Shown here piece by piece: positions 32,445-40,464 of a stretch of DNA of 40,978 nt. Positions within the stretch are counted from its first letter, which is position 1, and every line of letters starts with the position of its first letter. This stretch comes from Cytophagales bacterium. Its GTDB lineage: Bacteria; Bacteroidota; Bacteroidia; Cytophagales; Thermoflexibacteraceae. The translations under genes and the position numbers were made by a program. Location: contig JAYUVL010000007.1 of the NCBI GenBank assembly GCA_043754075.1, positions 1 to 40,978 of the forward strand, in the 5' to 3' direction. The notes below the pieces were generated by a model, which saw only the letters and a program-made list of their open reading frames with translations, was not told where the DNA came from and did not search any database.

Positions 32445-34640
32445 TTAGCCCAAGTAAGGGGCCAATACCAAGGCCACGATTGAGATCAGTTTGAGCAAGA
32501 TGTTGAGCGAAGGCCCGGAAGTATCCTTGAACGGATCGCCCACGGTGTCACCCACTACTGCGGCCTTGTGCGGCTCCGACTTTTTGTAGTACATCTTGCC
32601 GTTAATGCTCACCCCTTCTTCAAAGCTCTTCTTAGCGTTGTCCCAAGCACCACCCGCGTTGGATTGGAAAATGGCCATCAGCACCCCAGTCACGGTTACG
32701 CCGGCCAATAAGCCACCGAGGGCTTCCTTGCCCATGCCGGGCATCAGGCCGATAATTACGGGTGAAGCCACGGCCAGCACGCCGGGTAGTATCATCTCGC
32801 GAATAGCAGCTTTGGTGGAGATTTCCACGCATTTGCCATATTCGGCTTTGCCGTCGGCTTCGCGGAAGGTCTTCTGATCGGCCACCGACCAGTCTTTCTC
32901 TTCTTTGTCACCATTGCGGCGCATCACTTCCAATGCCTTTTTCAGCGCGGGAATGTCGTTGAACTGGCGGCGCACTTCCTCGATCATGGCCATCGCAGCC
33001 CGGCCCACCGCGCCCATGGCCAAAGCCGAGAATACAAAGGGCAACATGCCACCTAGGAACAGCCCGGCCATCACGTTGGCTTTGGAAATATCAATACTGG
33101 ACAGTTTGGCGGAGGTCATGTACGCCCCAAACAGGGCCAGGGCGGTCAAAGCAGCCGAAGCAATGGCAAAACCCTTGCCAATGGCCGCCGTGGTGTTGCC
33201 CACCGCGTCAAGTTTGTCGGTGCGCTGGCGGACTTCTTTGGGCAGTTCGGCCATTTCAGCCACCCCGCCCGCGTTGTCCGAAATAGGACCATAAGCATCT
33301 ACGGCCAATTGGATCCCCAAGTTGGAGAGCATCCCCACTGCCGCGATGGCGATCCCGTACAAACCGCCAAAGTGGAACGCGCCCACGATAGAAATGGCAA
33401 TGATAATGGTCGGGATGGCGGTGCTCATCATCCCCACGCCGAGGCCAGCAATGATGTTGGTCGCCGCGCCGGTGGAGGACTGCCGCACGATCGAGTTGAC
33501 TGGGCCTTTGCCCATGCCGGTGTAATATTCGGTGATCAGACCCACCAAAACGCCCCCCACCAGACCGATGATCGTGGCGATGAACACGCCAAAGGAAGTC
33601 ATCTCCCGGGTTACGCCATAGAGGGTATCGTCAAAAATCCATTTTTCGGGCAGTACTGCATCAATAATGAACCAAGAAGCTACGATCATGATGAGCGAAG
33701 AGCCAAATTCCCCCAAATTGAGGGCCGTCTGGGGATCGCCGCCTTCCTTAACTTTGACGAAAAAAGTGCCGATGATCGACACGATGATGCCCACCGCCGC
33801 TAAATACAGTGGCAAGAGGACCGCAGCCAGCCCATTGCTCAGTTTGTCCAACCCGGCAAATTCAGGAGTGATAAAGGCCGCGCCCAATACCATGGTGCCC
33901 ACGATGGATCCAACGTAAGACTCAAACAGGTCGGCGCCCATCCCGGCCACATCACCCACGTTGTCACCCACATTGTCGGCAATGGTGGCGGGGTTCAGTG
34001 GGTGGTCTTCGGGAATGCCAGCCTCCACTTTGCCCACCAAGTCGGCACCAACGTCGGCGGCTTTGGTATAAATCCCGCCACCCACGCGGGCAAACAGGGC
34101 GATGGACGATGCTCCAAACGAGAACCCGGTGATGACTGTGATTACTCTATTGACTGCGTTGGCATCGTCGATGCCAAACAAATTACTGTATGCAATGAAG
34201 AGCAGGCTCAAACCCAACACGCCCAAACCAACCACGCCCATGCCCATGACCGAACCACCGGCAAAAGCCACTTCGAGGGCTTTGCCCAGACTGACCCGGG
34301 CGGCAGCGGCGGTGCGAATGTTGGCCTTAGTGGCCACGCGCATCCCGATAAAGCCAGCCAGGGCTGAGCTAAATGCACCCAATACAAAGGACAGGGCCAC
34401 TAATGGGTGGGAGGTAGCTTCATCGGCCGATAAGCCCAGCAAAAGGGCCACCGCGATGACAAAGAAAATGAGCACTCGGTATTCTGCTTTCAAAAAAGCC
34501 ATTGAGCCTTCGGCAATACGGGCCCCAATCTCTACCATTTTTTCTGTCCCAGGATCCTGTTTGGTCACCCAGGCCGAGCGCCAAGCGACATACAGCAGGC
34601 CAATGACCCCGAATACCGGAAGTGTGTAAATCAAGTTCAT
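32445..34640 (-). CDS. hppA: Membrane-integral pyrophosphate-energised cation pump (M-PPase), K+-dependent-type signature
   Basis: [21 protein letters not shown] and [18 protein letters not shown] are present, along with about 16 hydrophobic segments and an ATG start. Confidence 0.9.
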   Translation of the reverse strand: MNLIYTLPVFGVIGLLYVAWRSAWVTKQDPGTEKMVEIGARIAEGSMAFLKAEYRVLIFFVIAVALLLGLSADEATSHPLVALSFVLGAFSSALAGFIGMRVATKANIRTAAAARVSLGKALEVAFAGGSVMGMGVVGLGVLGLSLLFIAYSNLFGIDDANAVNRVITVITGFSFGASSIALFARVGGGIYTKAADVGADLVGKVEAGIPEDHPLNPATIADNVGDNVGDVAGMGADLFESYVGSIVGTMVLGAAFITPEFAGLDKLSNGLAAVLLPLYLAAVGIIVSIIGTFFVKVKEGGDPQTALNLGEFGSSLIMIVASWFIIDAVLPEKWIFDDTLYGVTREMTSFGVFIATIIGLVGGVLVGLITEYYTGMGKGPVNSIVRQSSTGAATNIIAGLGVGMMSTAIPTIIIAISIVGAFHFGGLYGIAIAAVGMLSNLGIQLAVDAYGPISDNAGGVAEMAELPKEVRQRTDKLDAVGNTTAAIGKGFAIASAALTALALFGAYMTSAKLSSIDISKANVMAGLFLGGMLPFVFSALAMGAVGRAAMAMIEEVRRQFNDIPALKKALEVMRRNGDKEEKDWSVADQKTFREADGKAEYGKCVEISTKAAIREMILPGVLAVASPVIIGLMPGMGKEALGGLLAGVTVTGVLMAIFQSNAGGAWDNAKKSFEEGVSINGKMYYKKSEPHKAAVVGDTVGDPFKDTSGPSLNILLKLISIVALVLAPYLG

Positions 34641-34822
34641 ATCAACTAAGTTTAATTTAAATGTTTAGGTTTTTTGAGTGGTCGCAAAATAAGCTAACCT
34701 AGCCCTGATTTGCAAGGAAATCTAGCCAAGACCCAAGGAATAAGCGGTGGTTTTTCGCAAAACCGGAAATAAAAGCGGTGCCGGCTGGGTGCCAACTTGT
34801 TTTGGGCAGCGGATGGTACTGG

Positions 34823-35176
34823 TCAATATCCAGCCAGTTCTTTCTGTTTGGCCTTGGGCAGGCCCTGCACCACTAATTGATAAGAGTGCAAAATCCAGTG
34901 TTGGAGTTCTTGCGGGGGGAGTTCGCCACTGAGGATAATCGTGTTCCAATTTTTTTTGTTCATGTGGTACCCCGCACCCACGCTGGTGTAGCGTTCGCGC
35001 AGGGCAATGGCCAGTTCAGGATCGCACTTGAGATTGATGCTCTCAAAATTATCAACGCTGCACAGGGCAAACATTTTGTCCATCACCTTGAACACCAAGG
35101 TGTCCCCACCAAAGGGGAAGCCCTCGGTGGTTCCTTTTAAAGAGAGGCAATAATCGCGAAACTCCTCAATGTTCAT
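34823..35176 (-). CDS. MmcQ/YjbR family protein
   Basis: MNIEEFRDYCLSLKGTTEGFPFGGDTLVFKV...LKCDPELA..LRE...V..GYHMNKKNWNTI...LP is collinear with E. coli YjbR as I recall it. The ATG at 35176 is used, and the upstream extension in the track is rejected. Confidence 0.75.
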   Translation of the reverse strand: MNIEEFRDYCLSLKGTTEGFPFGGDTLVFKVMDKMFALCSVDNFESINLKCDPELAIALRERYTSVGAGYHMNKKNWNTIILSGELPPQELQHWILHSYQLVVQGLPKAKQKELAGY

Positions 35177-35181
35177 GGCTA

Positions 35182-35385
35182 CTAGCGCAGGGCACAGCGG
35201 GTGATCATTACAGCCAAACAGAAGAGGAACATCAGAATCGACACTCGGTTGATGCCGTGCATTACCCGCAAATTGAAATTGGGCCGGTTGTTCGGATCGT
35301 CTTTGCGGAATACTCGCAAAAAGTAGTTTCCCACTGCCCCGAAGGCAAAATAATCGCGCAAGGTGTTTTTTTGTCTGTTTTCCAT
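35182..35385 (-). CDS. Small (67 aa) membrane protein, conserved-hypothetical type
   Basis: The product is MENRQKNTLRDYFAFGAVGNYFLRVF...RVSILMFLFCLAVMITRCALR, with a C-terminal TM helix. The gene ends 5 nt before the YjbR gene start. The family identity is uncertain. Confidence 0.45.
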   Translation of the reverse strand: MENRQKNTLRDYFAFGAVGNYFLRVFRKDDPNNRPNFNLRVMHGINRVSILMFLFCLAVMITRCALR

Positions 35386-35484
35386 GTTCCAATAATAAAA
35401 GTGGTACAATAAAAACCAAGGGCGAGCGCAATTGTTCACGCCAGCGGAACCTGAATTCAACTCAAGAATCCTGGGCCGATGTTG

Positions 35485-35494
35485 CCCCCCCCCC
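35485..35494. repeat. C10 (G10 on the coding strand) homopolymer between the DUF58 stop and the small membrane-protein gene
   Basis: Read directly from gttgCCCCCCCCCCaatatc. It is the longest G/C run I found in the window; the next longest is C8. Confidence 0.95.
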
Positions 35495-35503
35495 AATATC
35501 CCA

Positions 35504-36838
35504 TCAGATCAAGTTCCGCGCTTTCAGCTCAAGGTATTTATTGATGGTGTTCACGGTCAAGTTTTCTGGTGTGGTGAGAAGGGTGTGGATGCCGTGCCGG
35601 TTGAGCTCTTTTACAATTTGCCGCTTTTCGTGCACAAACTTTTCGGCAATCGTTTTGAGGTAGATTTCCTCCGTGCCCTGGGGTTTGAACTGCAATAAAG
35701 AGCGCAACTCAGTGTTTTGGAACAACACTACCACCAATAGATGCTGCTTGGCAATGAGGCGGAGGTAGCGCATCTGCCGTTCCATGGATGAGAGCGTTTC
35801 AAAATTGGTGTACAATAAAATGAGGCTGCGCTGGTTGATCTTAACTTTGAGCTGCATGGCCAATGCCTCAAAATCTGGTTCTTTGAAACCCGTTTTTTGG
35901 TTGTAAAGCGCCTCCATGATCAGGGCCATTTGTCCGCTTCGGTTGCTGGCCGCCAGCATGGTGCCCACGCTGCGCCCAAAAGTGACCAAGCCGGCCTTGT
36001 CGCTTTTTTTGATGGCAATGTTGGAAATGACCAGGGCTGCATTGATGGCATAATCCAACAGGGTGAGGCCGTTGAAGGGCATCTTCATCATTCGGCCCTT
36101 GTCGATCACGCTGAACACCTGCTGCGAGCGTTCATCGCGGAACTGGTTGACCATCAGTTGGCTTTTGCGGGCCGTGGCCTTCCAGTTCACCGAGCGGTAG
36201 TCATCGCCGGGCACATAGTTGCGGATCTGGTCAAACTCCATGTTCTGCCCTATCTTGCGGATCCGCTTGACGCCCAATTCAACCAGCCGGTCGGAAATGG
36301 CGTACAACTCGTATTTGCGCAGCTGGATATAGGACGGATAAACGGGGACGGTCTGGGCCAGGGGCAGTTGATAGCGCCGCGCCACAAACCCGATGTTGCC
36401 GCTCACGAACACGTTGAGCAACCCAAACTGGTACTGGCCCCGGCGAACGGGCCTCACTCGGTAGGTCAGGCTTTTGGTTTCGCTGGGCAACCATGCGCCC
36501 TCAAGTTGGAGGTGGCGCAGTTGCAACTGCTCGGGCAGTTCGTCAATGACCTTGAGGTGGGTTTTAAAACTGTAAAGGCTCTTGATATGCAAAACGATTT
36601 GGTTTTCGTCCCCATTGGAAAGTTTTTCGGCCATTTGCCGAGTTCCTTCCATCCCGTCCCGCACCCGGTAAAGTACGAGGATGTCCACGATGAACAAGCC
36701 CAATGTGCCGAGCAGGGCCAACTGGGCGATGCTGATCAAAAAGGGAAAGGAAAAAGCGAAGACAAATAGGCTGATGCATCCACCGAGGACGAAGAACAGG
36801 CGTTGGTTGAGGTACAAGCTGCGGATGAAGCGGATCAT
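35504..36838 (-). CDS. DUF58 (VWA-like, MoxR-associated family) protein
   Basis: Two N-terminal TM helices are present. The DUF58 hallmark is IRNYVPGDDYRSVNWKATARKSQLMVNQFRDERSQ. I used the ATG at 36838. Confidence 0.8.
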   Translation of the reverse strand: MIRFIRSLYLNQRLFFVLGGCISLFVFAFSFPFLISIAQLALLGTLGLFIVDILVLYRVRDGMEGTRQMAEKLSNGDENQIVLHIKSLYSFKTHLKVIDELPEQLQLRHLQLEGAWLPSETKSLTYRVRPVRRGQYQFGLLNVFVSGNIGFVARRYQLPLAQTVPVYPSYIQLRKYELYAISDRLVELGVKRIRKIGQNMEFDQIRNYVPGDDYRSVNWKATARKSQLMVNQFRDERSQQVFSVIDKGRMMKMPFNGLTLLDYAINAALVISNIAIKKSDKAGLVTFGRSVGTMLAASNRSGQMALIMEALYNQKTGFKEPDFEALAMQLKVKINQRSLILLYTNFETLSSMERQMRYLRLIAKQHLLVVVLFQNTELRSLLQFKPQGTEEIYLKTIAEKFVHEKRQIVKELNRHGIHTLLTTPENLTVNTINKYLELKARNLI

Positions 36839-36948
36839 CAAAATAACATTAAGCCATAAAGGTAGGTTAGAATTAAAATGATTGGGGCAGTTTATCGGAG
36901 TGATTTTCGCGATTTTCCCGGATTCCGCTCCCTAGACAAGGGCAACCA

Positions 36949-37578
36949 TCATTTTCCCCAATTGGCGGGGTCCATTCGCCAAGCTTGCAGCGGCGCGATC
37001 TCTTCGGGGCCGATCACGCTTCGCACCAACGCAACTTCGATCAGGGCGGCGTAATCGCTCAGGGCCACCAATGGCACACGGGCTGCCTGAAATGCTTGAT
37101 TGGCCACCGCAAAGCCATAGGTAAACGTGGCCAACATCCCGCACGCGTGCATTCCGGCCGCTTGCACTGCCTCCACCGCTTTGAGACTGCTCCCCCCGGT
37201 CGAGATCAGGTCCTCGACCAACAATACCTGCTGGCCAGCCACCACTTTGCCCTCGATCAGGTTGCCCATTCCGTGGTCTTTGGGCTTGGGCCGCACATAG
37301 AGGAAGGGCAGGCCGAGGCAATCGGCCAACAATGCTCCCTGCGGTATGCCCGCCGTGGCCACTCCCACAATCATTTCGGCTTGGGGAAAATGGGCCTGGG
37401 CAGCTTCCACCAGTTTTTCTTTGATGAACCGTCGGATGATCGGGTAGGAAAGGGTCAGCCGGTTGTCGCAGTAAATGGGCGATTTCCAGCCCGAAGCCCA
37501 AGTGAAAGGCTGGGCTAGGCTAAGCTTGACCGCTCCAGCTTGGAGCAGCATGGCCGCTATTTGTTGGGAGATTGTCAT
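36949..37578 (-). CDS. pyrE: Orotate phosphoribosyltransferase
   Basis: FTWASGWKSPIYCDNR and the PRPP-binding loop VLLVEDLISTGGS are present. I used the ATG at 37578 (MTISQQIA). Confidence 0.85.
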   Translation of the reverse strand: MTISQQIAAMLLQAGAVKLSLAQPFTWASGWKSPIYCDNRLTLSYPIIRRFIKEKLVEAAQAHFPQAEMIVGVATAGIPQGALLADCLGLPFLYVRPKPKDHGMGNLIEGKVVAGQQVLLVEDLISTGGSSLKAVEAVQAAGMHACGMLATFTYGFAVANQAFQAARVPLVALSDYAALIEVALVRSVIGPEEIAPLQAWRMDPANWGK

Positions 37579-37767
37579 ACTGACCAATGGTTGAGGAGGC
37601 CAAAGTTGCACACTTTGTTCAAATTTGGCAAACGTGCCCGCTTTTTCCGGGCGCATGGCCTCCGGTCAGAAATAGGGCCGACCTTGTCCCAAAAAATAGC
37701 GGTGGGAAAATAAAACTAGGCAAACTGGTTTATTATTGCTGCTTTAATGGTTATTCTAAATTGTGCT

Positions 37768-38253
37768 ATGATTAAAGTATTGTTTGTTTGCCTCGGCAAT
37801 ATCTGTCGCTCGCCGTTGGCCGAAGGGGTATTTGCGCACTTGGTGGCGGAGGATCGGCTCACGGCCCACCTCGATTGTGACTCGGCGGGGACGGGCGACT
37901 GGCACGTGGGCGAACTGCCCGACCACCGCTCGCGCTCTACCGCCAGTGCCCACGGCATCGCGCTCACCCACCGCGCAAGGCAAGTAAAAGGCAGCGACTT
38001 TGCTGATTTTGATTACATTTTTGCCATGGACAAATCCAACCTCAAGACGTTGGTGGAACTGGCCAAACGGACCGATGAACCCCCTCGGGCCCAGTTGGTG
38101 CTCCTGCGCGAATTTGACCCGACCCCGGCTTCCCTCGAGGTCAAAGATCCTTATTTCGAGGGCGAAGCGGAGTTTGAAGCTTGTTACCAGACAGTGGCCC
38201 GCTGCGCCCGTGAAATCCTGGCCCACCTCAAAACCAAGCATGGATTGGGCTGA
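37768..38253 (+). CDS. Low-molecular-weight protein-tyrosine phosphatase
   Basis: The P-loop is VLFVCLGNICRSPLAEG (CX5R-S). The DP loop is VKDPYFEG. Confidence 0.85.
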   Translation: MIKVLFVCLGNICRSPLAEGVFAHLVAEDRLTAHLDCDSAGTGDWHVGELPDHRSRSTASAHGIALTHRARQVKGSDFADFDYIFAMDKSNLKTLVELAKRTDEPPRAQLVLLREFDPTPASLEVKDPYFEGEAEFEACYQTVARCAREILAHLKTKHGLG

Positions 38254-38323
38254 TTGGGCATTCATTCAGTAAAAAGCCAAACTTTTAGGTATAACCTATT
38301 GCCAAGTGATTCTGATCAATTGC

Positions 38324-39475
38324 TCAGCTGTTGACCGGCTGCAAGTGAAAGATATCGGCAATTTTATTGGCCACAAAATCAATTTCTTCCAGTGTATTGT
38401 ACTTGCTGAACGAAAAACGCACCGACTGCCGCCGGGGATCTGCGCCGAGGGCGGCCAATACGTGCGAGCCCACACTGGATCCGCTGGAGCAGGCACTGCC
38501 CCCCGAAGCGGAAATTTTTTGGATGTCCAAGTGCATGAGCAACATATCGCCAGCATCGGAGGCCGGAAAATTGACATTGAGCACAGTGTAGAGGCTTTCG
38601 GCCACATTGCCCGACTCGCCATTGAAGCGCAAGTCGTCCCCAAATAATTCGCGCAGGCGACTGATCAAACGGATTTTGAGCTGAATAATGTGCTGGGCGT
38701 GGTCGTTGAGGTCCCGGTAGGAAATTTCCAGGGCTTTGGCCAACCCAATGATGCCGTACACGTTCTCCGTGCCACCGCGCATGTTGCGCTCTTGCGATCC
38801 CCCGGTGACGAGCGGATTGATTTTGCTGTCACTCCGCAAATACAAGAACCCGACTCCCTTGGGGCCGTGGAATTTATGCGCTGCCCCCACCATGCTGTGG
38901 ATCTTGGTCTGTTGGAGATCGATGGGAAAATGGCCCACTGTCTGCACTGTATCAGAATGGAAAAAGGCGCCGTGCCGTTCACAAATCTCGCCGATCTCGA
39001 CAAGGTCGGTGAGCGTGCCGACCTCGTTGTTCCCGTGCATGAGCGATACCAGCGAGCGAGGGCGGCTTTCCAGTAAATCTTCGAGGTGATCCACGTCCAC
39101 ATTGCCCTTGCCGTCCATCTTGACGAAGCTCAACTCGATTTCGCCTCGGTGGGCCAAGTCTTCCAGCGTGTGCAGCACGGCGTGGTGCTCAATCCGGCTG
39201 GTGATGGCGTGGGTAAGCCCAAGGCTGCGAATGCCGCAGCGGATGGCAGTATTGTCAGACTCGGTGCCACCTGAGGTAAAGAAAATTTCTGACGGGGACG
39301 TATTGAGCAAACCCGCCACCTTTTTCCGGGCCTGCTCAATGGCCGCCCGCACTTTGCTGCCGTGGCTGTGGATGGAGGACGGATTGCCAAAATGATCGGT
39401 CAAGTAAGGCAACATGGCCTCAAGGACTTCTTTGTCTAGGGCTGTAGTGGCAGCATTGTCTAGGTAAACCCTCAT
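38324..39475 (-). CDS. Cysteine desulfurase (IscS/NifS class V aminotransferase)
   Basis: MRVYLDNAATT is at the N-terminus. The PLP lysine is in AAHKFHGPKGVG, and the catalytic Cys loop is SASGGSACSSGS. Confidence 0.85.
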   Translation of the reverse strand: MRVYLDNAATTALDKEVLEAMLPYLTDHFGNPSSIHSHGSKVRAAIEQARKKVAGLLNTSPSEIFFTSGGTESDNTAIRCGIRSLGLTHAITSRIEHHAVLHTLEDLAHRGEIELSFVKMDGKGNVDVDHLEDLLESRPRSLVSLMHGNNEVGTLTDLVEIGEICERHGAFFHSDTVQTVGHFPIDLQQTKIHSMVGAAHKFHGPKGVGFLYLRSDSKINPLVTGGSQERNMRGGTENVYGIIGLAKALEISYRDLNDHAQHIIQLKIRLISRLRELFGDDLRFNGESGNVAESLYTVLNVNFPASDAGDMLLMHLDIQKISASGGSACSSGSSVGSHVLAALGADPRRQSVRFSFSKYNTLEEIDFVANKIADIFHLQPVNS

Positions 39476-39512
39476 ATTGCAATTGGTATGGTGAGATATG
39501 GTATTACGCACT

Positions 39513-39520
39513 CAAAAATA
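39513..39520 (-). promoter_or_regulatory. Bacteroidetes-type -7 promoter motif TATTTTTG upstream of the cysteine desulfurase gene
   Basis: The plus strand reads caaaaata, an exact TAnnTTTG on the minus strand. It lies about 38 nt upstream of the ATG at 39475. Confidence 0.3.
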
Positions 39521-39638
39521 CAGAAACTTGGGCCAAACTTGGAGAGGGCAAGGTTTTTGAAGAGGATAAATATGAATTTTTCATTAATTTTTTGTGGTTA
39601 ACCTGTTCTCTACAAACTGTTTCCCCAAAAAATTTATT

Positions 39639-39646
39639 TAATTTTG
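39639..39646 (+). promoter_or_regulatory. Bacteroidetes-type -7 promoter motif TAATTTTG in the AT-rich spacer upstream of the hypothetical gene
   Basis: This is an exact TAnnTTTG match. It lies 82 nt upstream of the GTG at 39728 and 163 nt upstream of the ATG at 39809. The spacer is AT-rich, so a chance match is more likely here. Confidence 0.2.
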
Positions 39647-39808
39647 TTGTAGTTCTTTCAAAGTCATTGGGCATAGTATTCGTTAAGCTAATAATAGTAG
39701 CTCACTTTTAACGTTATCATTGAAAATGTGGGAACTGTGCGGTTGGAATACCTTTTCTACCTTTTTTACTGGGATTGCCATTTCGTAAGTACTCCCAATT
39801 GCTTGGTC

Positions 39809-40459
39809 ATGAAAAATTTGTCCGTTATATCAAAGTTAGTCCGGCCCGAGGCCAGATCTGCTTTAGCCAAGCAGTTGAAGGTGACCCCCAAGACTATTGA
39901 GGCCGTGCTCAAGGGCCAAGAAGAAAACGACGCAGTCTTCCAGTCGCTGATCCAAGAAGCGGGCAAAGTGCTGGCTACACTAGTGGCCGAATACGGCACG
40001 CTGACCAAAACCTGCACCGAAGCAACTCAACCTCCGGCCCCATTGGTCGATCCGGTTCATGGTACCCAAGTATTGGCGGCTACATTTGTTCAGCCCTTGC
40101 CCCAAGGGATCAGAGACGCTGAGGAAGAGACCAAGGAAAACCCCAACCCGCACCGGCCAGTAGTCATTCGCAGCCGTTCTTGGGAAGAGAGCGAGCGTTT
40201 GGCCAAAGTCGTTGCTGGTTTGAGCCCTTATCAATTCGATTTTATCAAAGGGCATAATGGCACCTACTCCAGTGCCTATGATCATGATTTGGATCTGCTA
40301 GCGGCCTGTTTCACGTTGCACCAACAGGGCTATTCCAAAAATGGGGTCGTGATTTTTATGAAGCAAAATGCACTTTCGGTCTTTGATCAGGAAAAAGCCT
40401 ACTCGATTTTACAGCGTTTACAGGGCGATTACATCCAGCACATCCGGCTAGCAAAGTAA
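39809..40459 (+). CDS. Hypothetical protein with N-terminal HTH-like segment
   Basis: I recognise no family. ALAKQLKVTPKTIEAVLKGQ resembles an XRE/HTH recognition segment. A Pro/Glu-rich linker is followed by a C-terminal domain of about 90 aa. The start is ambiguous between GTG 39728 and ATG 39809. Confidence 0.45.
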   Translation: MKNLSVISKLVRPEARSALAKQLKVTPKTIEAVLKGQEENDAVFQSLIQEAGKVLATLVAEYGTLTKTCTEATQPPAPLVDPVHGTQVLAATFVQPLPQGIRDAEEETKENPNPHRPVVIRSRSWEESERLAKVVAGLSPYQFDFIKGHNGTYSSAYDHDLDLLAACFTLHQQGYSKNGVVIFMKQNALSVFDQEKAYSILQRLQGDYIQHIRLAK

Positions 40460-40464
40460 ACGGA

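Noticed and set aside
35504-36838. A Bat/aerotolerance (MoxR-DUF58-VWA-TPR) operon.
   Set aside because: Only the DUF58 member is present. No AAA+ MoxR gene or VWA genes occur in the flanks.
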